A DNA stretch of 22,575 nt from a virus, in UHGV virus genome UHGV-1464116; one strand, 5' to 3'. Both the position numbers and the translations under genes were made by a program. Positions 9,577-18,896 of this stretch are shown in pieces. Within the stretch, counting starts at the first letter, position 1. Every line of letters begins with the position of its first letter. Under the pieces are notes generated by a model. It was not told where the DNA came from, did no database searches, and saw nothing but the letters and a program-made list of their open reading frames with translations.

Positions 9577-10127
9577 GCTTCAAAAGCGGTGTAACAACGA
9601 GGGTGGATAACGCTCAGGCCATTCTGGATGCGCTCAAATCCATCAGTAAAAAAGAAGTGCTGGTGGGTATCCCGGAAGCAGACAGCGAGCGTGAAGATGT
9701 TCCGTTTGGTAATGCCGGGATCGGTTACGTCAACGAATACGGCTCACCAGCGCAAAACATCCCCCCACGCCCGCACCTGATCCCAGGCGTTAAATCGGTA
9801 GAGGAACAGACGGTGCCGCAGCTCAAAGCAGCGGCGCAGGCTGCGCTTGATGGAAATGCGGCGGGTGCGGAAAGAGCGCTTAACCGCGCCGGAACGCTGG
9901 CCGCGAATGGCGTCAGGCGTTACATGACCATTACCGGCTTTACACCGCTTGCTGATAGCACCGTTGAAGCACGCGCACGCCGTGGGCGCAAAGGGGCAAA
10001 AGAGGAACTTGCGCGGCGCGCTGCTGGTGAGTCTCCTGGAACCGATCTGGTGAAACCGCTAATCGACACCGGGCAATATCGCAGAGCTATTACCCATATT
10101 GTGAGGGATAAAGATGCCGACTCTTGA
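9573..10127 (+). CDS. Putative head completion/neck protein
   Basis: 184 aa; ATGA overlap with the upstream gene. Confidence 0.55.
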   Translation: MSFKSGVTTRVDNAQAILDALKSISKKEVLVGIPEADSEREDVPFGNAGIGYVNEYGSPAQNIPPRPHLIPGVKSVEEQTVPQLKAAAQAALDGNAAGAERALNRAGTLAANGVRRYMTITGFTPLADSTVEARARRGRKGAKEELARRAAGESPGTDLVKPLIDTGQYRRAITHIVRDKDADS

Positions 10128-10503
10128 TGTAACAGATGTGCTTTTTGACCCCGATTTTTGCGACTTCAATTTGTGGGTAACACGCCGTGTGCAAACGGTG
10201 GATGAGGATGGGATCGGCAGCGACAGCGAAGTTAAAAAGCAGTTTGCCGGAGTCGTAACTGTTGATCGCTCTCTGGAAAACCGCCGTATGCAGGCAGGGC
10301 AGGTGATCAGCGGTGCAATTCTGATTGTGACGACTGAGCGACTGACGCAGGGACAGACTGGCCGTGATGCCGATATCGTGACGTATCAGGGCCGTGATTA
10401 TCGTGTGACCTTCGTCGACCCGTATACGGCTTACGGTGCTGGCTTCGTCCAGGCTCATTGTGAATTACTGCCGTTTGATGGGGGAACTCCCATTGAGCAA
10501 TAA
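10114..10503 (+). CDS. Putative head-tail joining protein
   Basis: 129 aa in the same operon with a short overlap. Confidence 0.55.
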   Translation: MPTLDVTDVLFDPDFCDFNLWVTRRVQTVDEDGIGSDSEVKKQFAGVVTVDRSLENRRMQAGQVISGAILIVTTERLTQGQTGRDADIVTYQGRDYRVTFVDPYTAYGAGFVQAHCELLPFDGGTPIEQ

Positions 10504-11041
10504 CACCAGCACAGAGCGCGGCTGGCTGACACCCACCAGCGGCGATCCGGCTTATGACGAAGCGCTCGACAGGCTGCTAAGCCAGTGGATGCGCAATGTT
10601 TCCGGCTTGCCGTCTGGAATGGTTCGTCCGCGCTGGCAGAAAAATCAGCCGCCACTGCCACCCGTTGAAACGAACTGGTGCGCGTTTGGCGTTACCGGGT
10701 TGCTCATTGATAACAACCCTGCATTCACCGGGCAGACTGAAGAGGGCGCTCAGCTCTGGAGGCATGAAACGTTCGAGTGCATGGCGTCGTTCTATGGTCC
10801 GGCTGGTATGTCTTATGCGTCCCGTTTTCGCGATGGTATATCTGTCCCGCAAAACAATGCTGAGCTGAACGCGCTTGGTTTATCCCTTGGCGACTATACC
10901 GCTCTGACCCCTTTCCCCGAACTTATCAACCAGCAATGGGTTCGCCGTTACGACATGACGGTGCGACTGCGCCGGAAGGTTGTCCGCGAGTATGGCATCA
11001 AATCGCTGGTGGAAGTGCCAGTCACCTTTTTTGGAGAATAA
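10478..11041 (+). CDS. Putative tail completion/terminator protein
   Basis: Track ORF 10436..11041 starts at GTG; ATG 10478 or TTG 10493 (preceded by GGGGGA) are alternative starts; lies just before the sheath gene. Confidence 0.5.
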   Translation: MGELPLSNNTSTERGWLTPTSGDPAYDEALDRLLSQWMRNVSGLPSGMVRPRWQKNQPPLPPVETNWCAFGVTGLLIDNNPAFTGQTEEGAQLWRHETFECMASFYGPAGMSYASRFRDGISVPQNNAELNALGLSLGDYTALTPFPELINQQWVRRYDMTVRLRRKVVREYGIKSLVEVPVTFFGE

Positions 11042-11044
11042 ACT

Positions 11045-12205
11045 ATGACGCAGGGCTTACCTGTATCCAACGTTGTAAACGTTGATGTGATCATCTCGCC
11101 GAAAGCGGCTACTGGTCGTAACTTCGGCGCATTGCTAATCCTTGGCTCTTCCACTGTCATTCCGGTGACAGAACGTACTCGCCTATATGCTTCCGTTGAG
11201 GACATTGGCGAAGACTTCGGTGTCGACAGCCCGGAATATAAAGCAGCGCAGGTTTTCTTCAGCCAGTCACCGAAGCCGACACAGGTTTATGTTGGTCGCT
11301 GGGCGAAGACGCTGAGTTCTTCCGAGAGTGGAAATACTGAAACTATCGTGCAAGCCGTTAATGCCTGCCTGCAATATACCAACTGGTATGGGCTGGTTGT
11401 CGCTGATGATGTTGTCGCTGGTGGCGATGTGCTTGATGCTGATGACGTGATTGAGGTCGCCAAACTTATTGAAGCGTCCAGCCTTAGCCGTATCTTTGGT
11501 GTGACCTCTGCCGACGCCGAGATTATCAGCACGACTTCGACGACCGATGTTGCGTCGAAATTAAAGGCTGGCAAGTATGCCCGTACCTTTATTCAGTATT
11601 CCACCAGCAGCCCTTACGCAGCGGTTTCTGCTTTCGGTCGTGCGTTTACTGTCAATTTCAACGGCAGCAATACCACCATTACCCTGAAGTTCAAACAGGA
11701 ACCAAGCGTAACCTACGAAACGTTGACGGTAGGCCAGGCGGCTGCGGTGGATACGAAGAATGCGAACGTATTCGTGTACTACGCCAACGACACGGCGATC
11801 CTGCAACAGGGTGTCATGGCGAACGGTGACTTCTTCGACGAGCGCCACGGGCTCGACTGGTTGCAGAACTACGTTCAGACCAACCTCTATAACCTGCTTT
11901 ACACCAGCACCACCAAAATTCCGCAGACTGATGCCGGTGTGACCCGTCTGCTTTCCAACGTTGAACAGTCCATGGATCAGTCCGTCACGAACGGTCTGGT
12001 AGCTGCTGGCGTGTGGAATGGTGGCCCTATCGGACAGCTGAATTCCGGCGATACGCTGACCAAAGGCTATTACGTGTATGCGCAACCGCTGTCCGAACAG
12101 GCGCAGGCCGACCGCGAAGCGCGCAAAGCACCGTTAATCCAGGTGGCCTGTAAGCTGGCTGGCGCAGTTCATTATGCCGATGTGCAGATCAACGTGGTTC
12201 GCTAA
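11045..12205 (+). CDS. Tail sheath protein
   Basis: 386 aa; GGAG RBS; followed by a tube-sized gene, a chaperone with frameshift and the tape measure, the canonical contractile-tail order. Confidence 0.7.
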   Translation: MTQGLPVSNVVNVDVIISPKAATGRNFGALLILGSSTVIPVTERTRLYASVEDIGEDFGVDSPEYKAAQVFFSQSPKPTQVYVGRWAKTLSSSESGNTETIVQAVNACLQYTNWYGLVVADDVVAGGDVLDADDVIEVAKLIEASSLSRIFGVTSADAEIISTTSTTDVASKLKAGKYARTFIQYSTSSPYAAVSAFGRAFTVNFNGSNTTITLKFKQEPSVTYETLTVGQAAAVDTKNANVFVYYANDTAILQQGVMANGDFFDERHGLDWLQNYVQTNLYNLLYTSTTKIPQTDAGVTRLLSNVEQSMDQSVTNGLVAAGVWNGGPIGQLNSGDTLTKGYYVYAQPLSEQAQADREARKAPLIQVACKLAGAVHYADVQINVVR

Positions 12206-12215
12206 GGAGCGATAA

Positions 12216-12656
12216 ATGGCAACTTATTCTTTTCTCGATGTAACCGCGTCGCTCACCGGGCCGACCGGCGTTATCGATCTTGGTCAGGGTTCTGCGAACT
12301 CTGAGGAAGGTATCACCCAGACCATGGGCGGCAACAAAAACACCATGACCATCGGTGCCGATGGCGAGGTGATGCACAGCCTGCACGCCGATAAGTCAGG
12401 CACCATTACGGTGACGCTACTCAAAACCTCTCCGGTGAATAAAAAGCTGTCTCTGGCGTATAACGCGCAAAGCCAGTCCTCTGCCACCTGGGGCAATAAC
12501 GTGATCGTCATTCGCAACACGGCATCGGGTGATATTTCTACTGCACGTTCGTGTGCATTCCAGAAACAGCCTGATTTCAATAACGCTAAAGAGGGCGGAA
12601 CCGTCGCATGGGTATTCGACTGCGGCAAGATTGACCAGCTTCTCGGGGAGTTTTAA
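12216..12656 (+). CDS. Tail tube protein
   Basis: 146 aa immediately after the sheath; GGAGCGATAA before ATG. Confidence 0.65.
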   Translation: MATYSFLDVTASLTGPTGVIDLGQGSANSEEGITQTMGGNKNTMTIGADGEVMHSLHADKSGTITVTLLKTSPVNKKLSLAYNAQSQSSATWGNNVIVIRNTASGDISTARSCAFQKQPDFNNAKEGGTVAWVFDCGKIDQLLGEF

Positions 12657-12659
12657 CGC

Positions 12660-13085
12660 ATGGAATTCGAAATTAAAGGCGTGAAATATCGCACCGCAAA
12701 GCTCAGCGTTTTCGAACAGCTGAAGGTGTCCCGCAAGCTGTTGCCGGTTCTGGCCGGGATGGTTTCTGACTTCCGGAGCGTTCAGGAGAAGATCAGCAGC
12801 AAAGACACCGAAGGCGCGATGGCTACCATCCTGCCAAAGATTGCCAATGCTGTGTCCGATCTGAGTGATGGCGACGTGGACGCTATCCTGTTCCCCTGTC
12901 TTTCCGTTGTTTCACGCGAGCACATGAAAGGCTGGGTGCCGGTCTGCCAGCATGGCGAAATGGCGTTTGACGATATCGACCTGCTGACCATGCTGCAACT
13001 GGTGGCGCGGGTGGTCGCCGACTCTCTGGGAAATTTTTTGCAAGGACTCCCTACCAGCGAGACGCCCACCCCGCCAGCGGAATAA
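12660..13085 (+). CDS. Tail assembly chaperone (short, in-frame product)
   Basis: 141 aa between tube and tape measure; contains slippery sequence GGGAAATTTTTTG near its 3' end. Confidence 0.65.
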   Translation: MEFEIKGVKYRTAKLSVFEQLKVSRKLLPVLAGMVSDFRSVQEKISSKDTEGAMATILPKIANAVSDLSDGDVDAILFPCLSVVSREHMKGWVPVCQHGEMAFDDIDLLTMLQLVARVVADSLGNFLQGLPTSETPTPPAE

Positions 13086-13273
13086 CCTTCAATAGCCTGC
13101 CGGGCGGTGAAGATTTTATTCTTCGTCCGGCGCTTGCCTTCCATATTGACCAGAAAGACCTTAACAGCGGTGCGGTAGATCTTTGCCGCATCGCGCTTCT
13201 CAATGACTACCTCGACATGCGCGAGGATAACGACGCCCGGATAGATAAATGGAGAGCGGCCAATGAGCGGTAA
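12660..13273 (+). CDS. Tail assembly chaperone, -1 frameshifted long product (G-T-like fusion)
   Basis: -1 frame is open with no start codon from 12971 to stop 13271-13273; slippery heptamer G_GGA_AAT at 13028..13034 (then T_TTT_TTG) in the zero frame; extension reads ...FFARTPYQRDAHPASGITFNSLPGGEDFILRPALAFHIDQKDLNSGAVDLCRIALLNDYLDMREDNDARIDKWRAANER. Confidence 0.5.
13028..13040 (+). other. Candidate programmed -1 ribosomal frameshift slippery site
   Basis: GGGAAATTTTTTG; G_GGA_AAT is in the X_XXY_YYZ register relative to the chaperone frame. Confidence 0.5.
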
Positions 13274-15275
13274 CGCAGATACGATTAAAGATTTCCTTGT
13301 TTCGCTGGGATTCGATATCGATCAGGCTGGCGCTAATAAGTTTGAAGCCGTGCTGAAAGGTGTTACCGCGAACGTTCTGAAGGTCGGCGCGGTGGTGGAA
13401 GGCGCAGCGCTGAGCATTGTCGGATTTACCACCCAGATCGCGAATGGTCTGGATAAAATTTACTGGGCATCCCAGCGGACGGGGGCCAGCGTCCAGGGCA
13501 TCAAAGCGCTGGGCTATGCCGCATCGCAAACCGGTGCCAGCGCCGAGTCGGCTATGTCCTCCCTCGAAGGGCTGGCGGGGTTCATGCGTAGCAATCCGGG
13601 GGCGGAAGGCTTCCTGAACCGCCTGGGTGTCCAGACCCGTGATGCCAGCGGAAAGATGCGTGATACTGCGGCCATCTTTACTGGCGTTGGGCAAAAGCTC
13701 AACAACATGCCGTATTACCGCGCGAAGCAATACGCGCAGATGCTTGGCATCGATGAAAACACGCTGATGGCGATGCGGCGCGGCATGAATGGCTTTACCG
13801 CCGATTACCAGTCGATGCTGCAAAAGACAGGGTTCAACGCTGATAAAGCGGCTGTTCAGTCCAACAAATTCATGACGTCCATGCGCGGGCTTACGTCGCT
13901 GTTCGGCATCATGCGGGACAAGATCGGCTCAAACCTCGCTGGTGGCCTGGCTGGTTCGCTGGACAGCCTGCGGCGGCGCATCCTCGACAATTTCCCGAAG
14001 ATTGAAGAGACGCTTACCAGAGTTATTAACGGCGTGATCTGGCTTGCGAACGCATTCACGAGAATGGCGTGGCGGCTGATACAGGGCGCTGGCTCTGTCA
14101 TCGACTGGTGGAAGCGTCTTGACGATGGCAGTAAAAATCTGCTGAAAATATTCGGTGCTCTACTTGTCGCATGGCGTCTGCTTAATTCTGCGTTCCTGAA
14201 ATCCCCGATTGGAATTATCACCACGCTGATTCTGGCGATCGGATTACTCTATGACGATTACCAGACGTGGAAAGAGGGCGGAAAAAGCCTGATTGACTGG
14301 AGCAAGTGGGAACCAGCAATAGAAAAGGCGAAAAAGGCAATTATCTGGCTGCGAGATAAGCTGTTGGAGCTAAAAGATTCTGTCGGTGGGTGGCAGAACT
14401 CACTGGAAATTTTGGCTACCTTCATTGCAGGGGTATGGTTAAGCAAAATAACCTCTGCATTTGCTAAGTTAGCCGGAATACCTATGCCGCCATGGCTGAA
14501 GCTGTGGGCTATTTATGCCGGGTATCTGGTGGACGACAGGCATAATATTAAAGAAAGCGCTAAATCATCATGGGACTACACCAAAGGAAACATCGGAGAT
14601 GCGCTCCGCTGGATGGGGTTTAATACCGATTTTGGCCGCAATCCCAATACCGTGTATGGCGCGAATATTCAGTCAGATATTCCAGGCGCTGAACCGGAGC
14701 AATACGCCCAGTCAGTGAAGCGCCCACAAGCCACAGCCCAGGGTAAGGTATTGCTCGACTGGATGGGGCCAATGTTCAATAAACTGGAGTCGCTTTATCA
14801 GCTGCCAGCTGGCCTGTTGAAAAGCGTGGCGATCACCGAGTCGGGTGGTAACCAGTTCGCCATATCCGGCGCAGGCGCGAAAGGACTGTTTCAGTTTATG
14901 GATGGCACGGCGCGCGACATGGGCCTGCGTGGGAATGATGTATTCGACCCGGAAAAGTCAGCTCAGGCAGCCGCTAAGTACCTCAGCCAGCTGTTGCGGC
15001 AGAACGGCGGAGACCTTAGCAAAGCACTGGCATCATATAACTGGGGGATCGGGAATGTTAAGCGTTATGGAATGGGGCTAATGCCGCAGGAAACGCGCAA
15101 TTACATTCCGAAAGTAATGAGCAATATGCCCACCAGCGCCCCGGTGATTCAGCAGGAAACGAACATTAACATCCACGGCGTTTCCGATCCTCGCGAAGCT
15201 GCCCGTTTGACTGTTGACCGTCAAAAGGGCGTGAATTCACAGTTAACCCAGCAACTCCCCGCAGGACCGAGATAA
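13263..15275 (+). CDS. Tail tape measure protein with C-terminal lytic transglycosylase (SLT) domain
   Basis: 670 aa; hydrophobic segments in the middle; C-terminal SLT-like motifs AITESGGNQ (Glu codon at 14838-14840), GLFQFM, ASYNWGIGN. Confidence 0.85.
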   Translation: MSGNADTIKDFLVSLGFDIDQAGANKFEAVLKGVTANVLKVGAVVEGAALSIVGFTTQIANGLDKIYWASQRTGASVQGIKALGYAASQTGASAESAMSSLEGLAGFMRSNPGAEGFLNRLGVQTRDASGKMRDTAAIFTGVGQKLNNMPYYRAKQYAQMLGIDENTLMAMRRGMNGFTADYQSMLQKTGFNADKAAVQSNKFMTSMRGLTSLFGIMRDKIGSNLAGGLAGSLDSLRRRILDNFPKIEETLTRVINGVIWLANAFTRMAWRLIQGAGSVIDWWKRLDDGSKNLLKIFGALLVAWRLLNSAFLKSPIGIITTLILAIGLLYDDYQTWKEGGKSLIDWSKWEPAIEKAKKAIIWLRDKLLELKDSVGGWQNSLEILATFIAGVWLSKITSAFAKLAGIPMPPWLKLWAIYAGYLVDDRHNIKESAKSSWDYTKGNIGDALRWMGFNTDFGRNPNTVYGANIQSDIPGAEPEQYAQSVKRPQATAQGKVLLDWMGPMFNKLESLYQLPAGLLKSVAITESGGNQFAISGAGAKGLFQFMDGTARDMGLRGNDVFDPEKSAQAAAKYLSQLLRQNGGDLSKALASYNWGIGNVKRYGMGLMPQETRNYIPKVMSNMPTSAPVIQQETNINIHGVSDPREAARLTVDRQKGVNSQLTQQLPAGPR

Positions 15276-15877
15276 TGGATATTTTATCAGCGATTTTTCG
15301 CCAGCAATCCCGGCGAATTGGCCTGCTGATCCCCAGCGTGGTCGTCTCCGAAAAGCATTCTGATGCGCTCGAAATTACTGAGCACCCGGTGGAGAAGCCA
15401 ACAACGAATAGCGCTTCGGGCTTCATCGCCGATCATGCGTATAAGCGCCCCAGCGAAGTCACAATGGAATGCGGCTTCGCTGGTGGCGGTTCGTTGCTGG
15501 ACTTCATTGATACATCTTCAATCGGCCTCAGCGCCGGACTAAGCCCGAAAGAGACCTATCAGCAACTGCTGGATCTCCAGTCCTCTCGGGTGCCGTTCGA
15601 TGTGGTGACCGGAAAGCGGGTGTACAGCAATATGCTGGTGCGAGCCATCGAGGTGACAACGGACAAAACCAGCGAAAACGTGCTGAACTGCACGCTTACC
15701 CTGCGTGAAGTGATCATGTCGCAAACGCAGAGCGTTAGTGTTGCTGATAAATCAGATATGCAGGATGGCGTCAGCACATCGGCGGTGCAAAATTCCGGGA
15801 CGAAATCCACTACACAGCCAAACGAATCCTTGCTGAGCCAGCTTGGCGGAAGCGTTACATCAGCATTCGGGGGATGA
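15275..15877 (+). CDS. Tail/baseplate protein downstream of tape measure (unassigned)
   Basis: 200 aa; ATGG overlap with tape measure stop; position equivalent to the post-tape-measure gene of Mu-like tails. Confidence 0.5.
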   Translation: MDILSAIFRQQSRRIGLLIPSVVVSEKHSDALEITEHPVEKPTTNSASGFIADHAYKRPSEVTMECGFAGGGSLLDFIDTSSIGLSAGLSPKETYQQLLDLQSSRVPFDVVTGKRVYSNMLVRAIEVTTDKTSENVLNCTLTLREVIMSQTQSVSVADKSDMQDGVSTSAVQNSGTKSTTQPNESLLSQLGGSVTSAFGG

Positions 15878-15878
15878 T

Positions 15879-16184
15879 ATGCAGTTTAACGAAATACCGC
15901 TTTCTCCTGACAATCAGCAGTTCCGCGTTTTGCTGGGCAATACCACCTATACGCTCAGGATCATCTGGCGCGATGCGGCTGGCTGGATCATGGACGTGAT
16001 GGATAGCGGCGGTGCTGCGCTTCTTTCTGGCGTGCCGCTGGTAACCGGTGTAAATCTTCTTGAGCAATATCCTCAACTAGGTATTAACGGGGCGCTGCTC
16101 GTTGGCTGCGATGTAGGCGCACCGGACGAGCCCACCAAAACCAACCTCGGCACATACAGCCACCTCATTTTCGTGCAGGAGTAG
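15879..16184 (+). CDS. Small tail/baseplate protein
   Basis: Track ORF 15843..16184; start ATG 15879 (MQFNEI..) preferred, preceded by GGGGGA and just after the upstream stop. Confidence 0.5.
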   Translation: MQFNEIPLSPDNQQFRVLLGNTTYTLRIIWRDAAGWIMDVMDSGGAALLSGVPLVTGVNLLEQYPQLGINGALLVGCDVGAPDEPTKTNLGTYSHLIFVQE

Positions 16185-16186
16185 AA

Positions 16187-17251
16187 ATGTCTCTTAACTG
16201 GATGCGCCATTTTGAGCTGCAACTGTTGGACCAGAACGGGCAGGGCGTTTCCCTGTCTGACTTTAAGGTCACGTTCCAGATCGAGTGGGCAGACACACGC
16301 TGGCCGCGCGTGGCGAACGTGAAAATTTACAACCTTTCGACCGATACCACGAACAAGATACTGGGGCAGGAGTTTGCCAAAATTCGCATCATTGCCGGGT
16401 ATGACGGTATAGCGCCGGATGTTGATGCGAGCCAGGTCGGCGTCGCCCGAGAGATTTCACCAGACCAGATAGGGCAGGTGAACGGTCAGAACTACGGCCT
16501 GATTTTTGACGGTGATATTCGCTTTACCGTAACCGGGAAGGACAACATTACCGATTCCTGGGTGTTGATTCAGGCTATTGGAGATCATGAAGCGTTCCTC
16601 TACGCGACTACCATCACTACGCTTGCCGCTGGCTATACCGTTGCGGATCTGCACCGGGCGACGATGCAGGATTTCAACGTGTTCGGCGTGACACAGGGCA
16701 TTACCGGCGATTTTCCTGATACCGTGTTTCCTCGTGGCCGCGCGATTTACTCATCCACTCGTAACGTGATGGATAATATTGCAGCGCAGTGCAAAGCGAC
16801 ATGGCAGCTGGTGGATGGTCAGGTCCAGATGGTGCCGGAGGATAAATATATTCACGAAGCCATTGTGTTGAATGCCAATACTGGCCTGATTGGTATGCCG
16901 CAACAGACGATGGGCGGCGGCGTAAACGTGCGGTGCCTGATAAACCCAAACATCCGCATTAATGGTCTTATCCAGCTCGATCAGGCTTCGGTGTACCGCG
17001 CGTCGCTCGGTAATAGCGAAATCGCACAGTCGCCCGGGCGTATCACCGAAACTGAAGAGAATGGCAACCGTGTGCTGACCGGTACGACGTCACAGGCTGC
17101 CAGCATTGCGACGGATGGCGTTTATATCGTCAAAGCTATCGACTATACTGGCGACACCAGAGGTCAGGCGTGGTACATGGATTTGATGTGCTTTGCGCGT
17201 GGCAGTCGTGAATTATATAGTCAGTCGACGCTCCAAAAAGTACAGGTGTGA
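16187..17251 (+). CDS. Baseplate hub-like protein (P2 gpD / Mu gp44-like position)
   Basis: 354 aa; positioned before the spike protein as in Mu-like baseplates; assignment by synteny and size. Confidence 0.55.
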   Translation: MSLNWMRHFELQLLDQNGQGVSLSDFKVTFQIEWADTRWPRVANVKIYNLSTDTTNKILGQEFAKIRIIAGYDGIAPDVDASQVGVAREISPDQIGQVNGQNYGLIFDGDIRFTVTGKDNITDSWVLIQAIGDHEAFLYATTITTLAAGYTVADLHRATMQDFNVFGVTQGITGDFPDTVFPRGRAIYSSTRNVMDNIAAQCKATWQLVDGQVQMVPEDKYIHEAIVLNANTGLIGMPQQTMGGGVNVRCLINPNIRINGLIQLDQASVYRASLGNSEIAQSPGRITETEENGNRVLTGTTSQAASIATDGVYIVKAIDYTGDTRGQAWYMDLMCFARGSRELYSQSTLQKVQV

Positions 17252-17252
17252 T

Positions 17253-17603
17253 ATGACAAAAATTAGGAATGTTATCTGCGGAGCCGTTCTTTCGTTGGTC
17301 GGAGCTTCAACTGCAATGGCTGATACCCAATGCGGGCCATATCGCCTCACCGCAGGTAATGATGGTTTTATGCATATTAATGGTGTAAAGCCAGAAAACC
17401 AGAAAATGACCTTTCTGAAAGCCAAGGAAGATTATCAAAATCTCAAGATGGAATGGACGGTTGCAACTAATCAACCCGGCCGCTGGGTTGGGCTTGAGTA
17501 CATCAAGCGCAACGGCAAAGCCATTCTCAACGCACAGTGGCTGCAAGCCAGCATGGATTCGCCGCGTCAGTATGCAACATACGACTGCCGAAAAGTAAAA
17601 TAG
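17253..17603 (+). CDS. Secreted (signal-peptide) protein of unknown function, accessory/moron gene
   Basis: Track ORF 17193..17603; ATG 17253 gives MTKIRNVICGAVLSLVGASTAMA|DTQC.. with a typical Sec signal and AXA cleavage site; two Cys in mature part; lower GC than flanking tail genes. Confidence 0.6.
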   Translation: MTKIRNVICGAVLSLVGASTAMADTQCGPYRLTAGNDGFMHINGVKPENQKMTFLKAKEDYQNLKMEWTVATNQPGRWVGLEYIKRNGKAILNAQWLQASMDSPRQYATYDCRKVK

Positions 17604-17621
17604 CCCGCCAGATAGGCGGGC
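17603..17621 (-). terminator. Hairpin terminator between convergent accessory genes
   Basis: GCCCGCC-AGATA-GGCGGGC perfect 7-bp stem; on the minus strand it is followed by CTATTTTACTTTT, 5 nt downstream of the DUF4236 gene stop. Confidence 0.5.
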
Positions 17622-17626
17622 ATGCG

Positions 17627-17917
17627 TCAAAAATATTGAGCTTTAATTATAATAAACACAATAATTACGAACAGGATGTTTCTAATTATTTTTTGCTTAT
17701 GAGTAAGTTGTTTTTTTTCTGTCGATTTCCCGGGAGAGTAAAGGTTAGTGGTATGCGACAGCCCCGTGCCGGGAAGGCCATTTGTCATCTTTACGCCTTT
17801 TTTTCCGATGTTAATGGTGGAACCTTTACCACCAATTGAAGTGCTTACTCCGCTTTTACTAATGTTGATCGCGAGTCCGGGCGCAATCCGGATTCTTTTA
17901 CGAAATCTAAATCCCAT
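17627..17917 (-). CDS. DUF4236-like small membrane protein
   Basis: N-terminus MGFRFRKRIRIAPGLAINISKSGVSTSIGGKG...GLPGTGLSHT matches the DUF4236 signature as I recall it; C-terminal hydrophobic helix ILFVIIVFIII; AGGAG 6 nt upstream of ATG; very AT-rich codon usage. Confidence 0.7.
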   Translation of the reverse strand: MGFRFRKRIRIAPGLAINISKSGVSTSIGGKGSTINIGKKGVKMTNGLPGTGLSHTTNLYSPGKSTEKKQLTHKQKIIRNILFVIIVFIIIKAQYF

Positions 17918-18104
17918 TTGTTACTCCTGTAGTCAATAATGCGATGGTGCAGGTCCACTCTATGGCGGCTTCATGGCTGAAATTGATTTTCAATGCTTAC
18001 TTGTTGCAAACATATCCTAATACACCTTGTGAATGTGTGCCATTGCAGCGGAAAAGCCTTACTTCACACTGATGTAGCTTAGTTACTAAGAGATAATTGA
18101 TACC

Positions 18105-18128
18105 AAACCAGCTTCGGCTGGTTTTTTT
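18105..18128 (+). terminator. Strong intrinsic terminator immediately upstream of the spike gene
   Basis: AAACCAGC-TTCG-GCTGGTTT followed by TTTTTTT; UUCG tetraloop. Confidence 0.55.
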
Positions 18129-18139
18129 ATGGGGGTTTT

Positions 18140-18880
18140 ATGCCAATTCCAACTCAATCACAGATCGGGGGTGAGCAGCAGACCGCGCAGGCCATTGCCG
18201 ATTCGGTGTCTACCCAGATGCGCGTAGCGATGCCCGGCATCATTCAGTCGTTCGATCCTGACACTGTTACCTGCACAGTAGAGGTAGCGCTTCGCGGTAT
18301 TGTTGGCGATGGCTCCACCGAATTAAAACCGCTGGTGGATGTGCCGGTTATCTTCCCGCGCGGCGGCGGTTGCACGCTGACCTTTCCGGTAAAAGAAGGC
18401 GACGAGTGCCTGCTGATCTTTGCCGACCGTTGCATCGATTTCTGGTGGCAGAGCGGCGGCGTTCAGGAGACCGTCGATCCGCGACAGCATGACTTATCTG
18501 ATGCGTTCGCCATCGTTGGCCCGCAGTCGCAAGCACAGAAAATCAGCGGTATCAGTACCAGCGCCGCGCAGCTGCGAACCGATGATGGTGCGGCGTTCGT
18601 AGAGGTTGCCGCAGGACATAACATCACCGTTCAAACACCGGGCCAGCTCACGGCTACGGCTGAAGGTGGAACGACAATCACATCCCCGACTATCACGCTG
18701 AACGGCAACGTAACGATTAATGGCAATCTGTCTCAGGGAATGGGCGAAAGTGGCGGTACTGCGACGATGCTTGGGCCGGTGACGGTGACTAACGATGTGA
18801 AGGCTGGAGGAAAGAGCCTCATCCAGCATACCCATGGCGGTGTGCAGAATGGCAGCGGGAATACTACCGCGCCTAATTAA
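18140..18880 (+). CDS. Baseplate central spike protein (gpV / Mu gp45-like)
   Basis: 246 aa; Gly/Thr-rich beta-helix-like C-terminal region (TITSPTITLNGNVTINGNL) and terminal HTHGG motif typical of gpV-type spikes. Confidence 0.7.
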   Translation: MPIPTQSQIGGEQQTAQAIADSVSTQMRVAMPGIIQSFDPDTVTCTVEVALRGIVGDGSTELKPLVDVPVIFPRGGGCTLTFPVKEGDECLLIFADRCIDFWWQSGGVQETVDPRQHDLSDAFAIVGPQSQAQKISGISTSAAQLRTDDGAAFVEVAAGHNITVQTPGQLTATAEGGTTITSPTITLNGNVTINGNLSQGMGESGGTATMLGPVTVTNDVKAGGKSLIQHTHGGVQNGSGNTTAPN

Positions 18881-18896
18881 AAACTACCAAACAGAC

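Noticed and set aside
11561-12085. Minus-strand ORF 11561..12085 within the sheath gene
   Set aside because: Antisense shadow ORF.
13200-13823. Minus-strand ORF 13200..13823 overlapping the tape measure start and chaperone extension
   Set aside because: Antisense to the tape measure gene and the frameshift extension; no independent support.
17193-17252. Upstream extension of the secreted-protein ORF (track start 17193, 136 aa)
   Set aside because: The extension overlaps the 3' end of the hub-like gene and would bury the signal peptide; the ATG at 17253 just after the upstream stop gives a canonical N-terminal signal peptide.
17537-17939. + strand ORFs 17537..17839 and 17748..17939 in the AT-rich island
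   Set aside because: They overlap the better-supported minus-strand DUF4236 gene in antisense and have no RBS; likely artefacts of AT-rich sequence.
17918-18104. Promoter -35/-10 calls in the AT-rich spacer upstream of the DUF4236 gene and the spike gene
   Set aside because: Several weak TTGnnn/TAnnnT-like matches exist, but in AT-rich DNA none is distinctive enough to call without experimental or comparative support.
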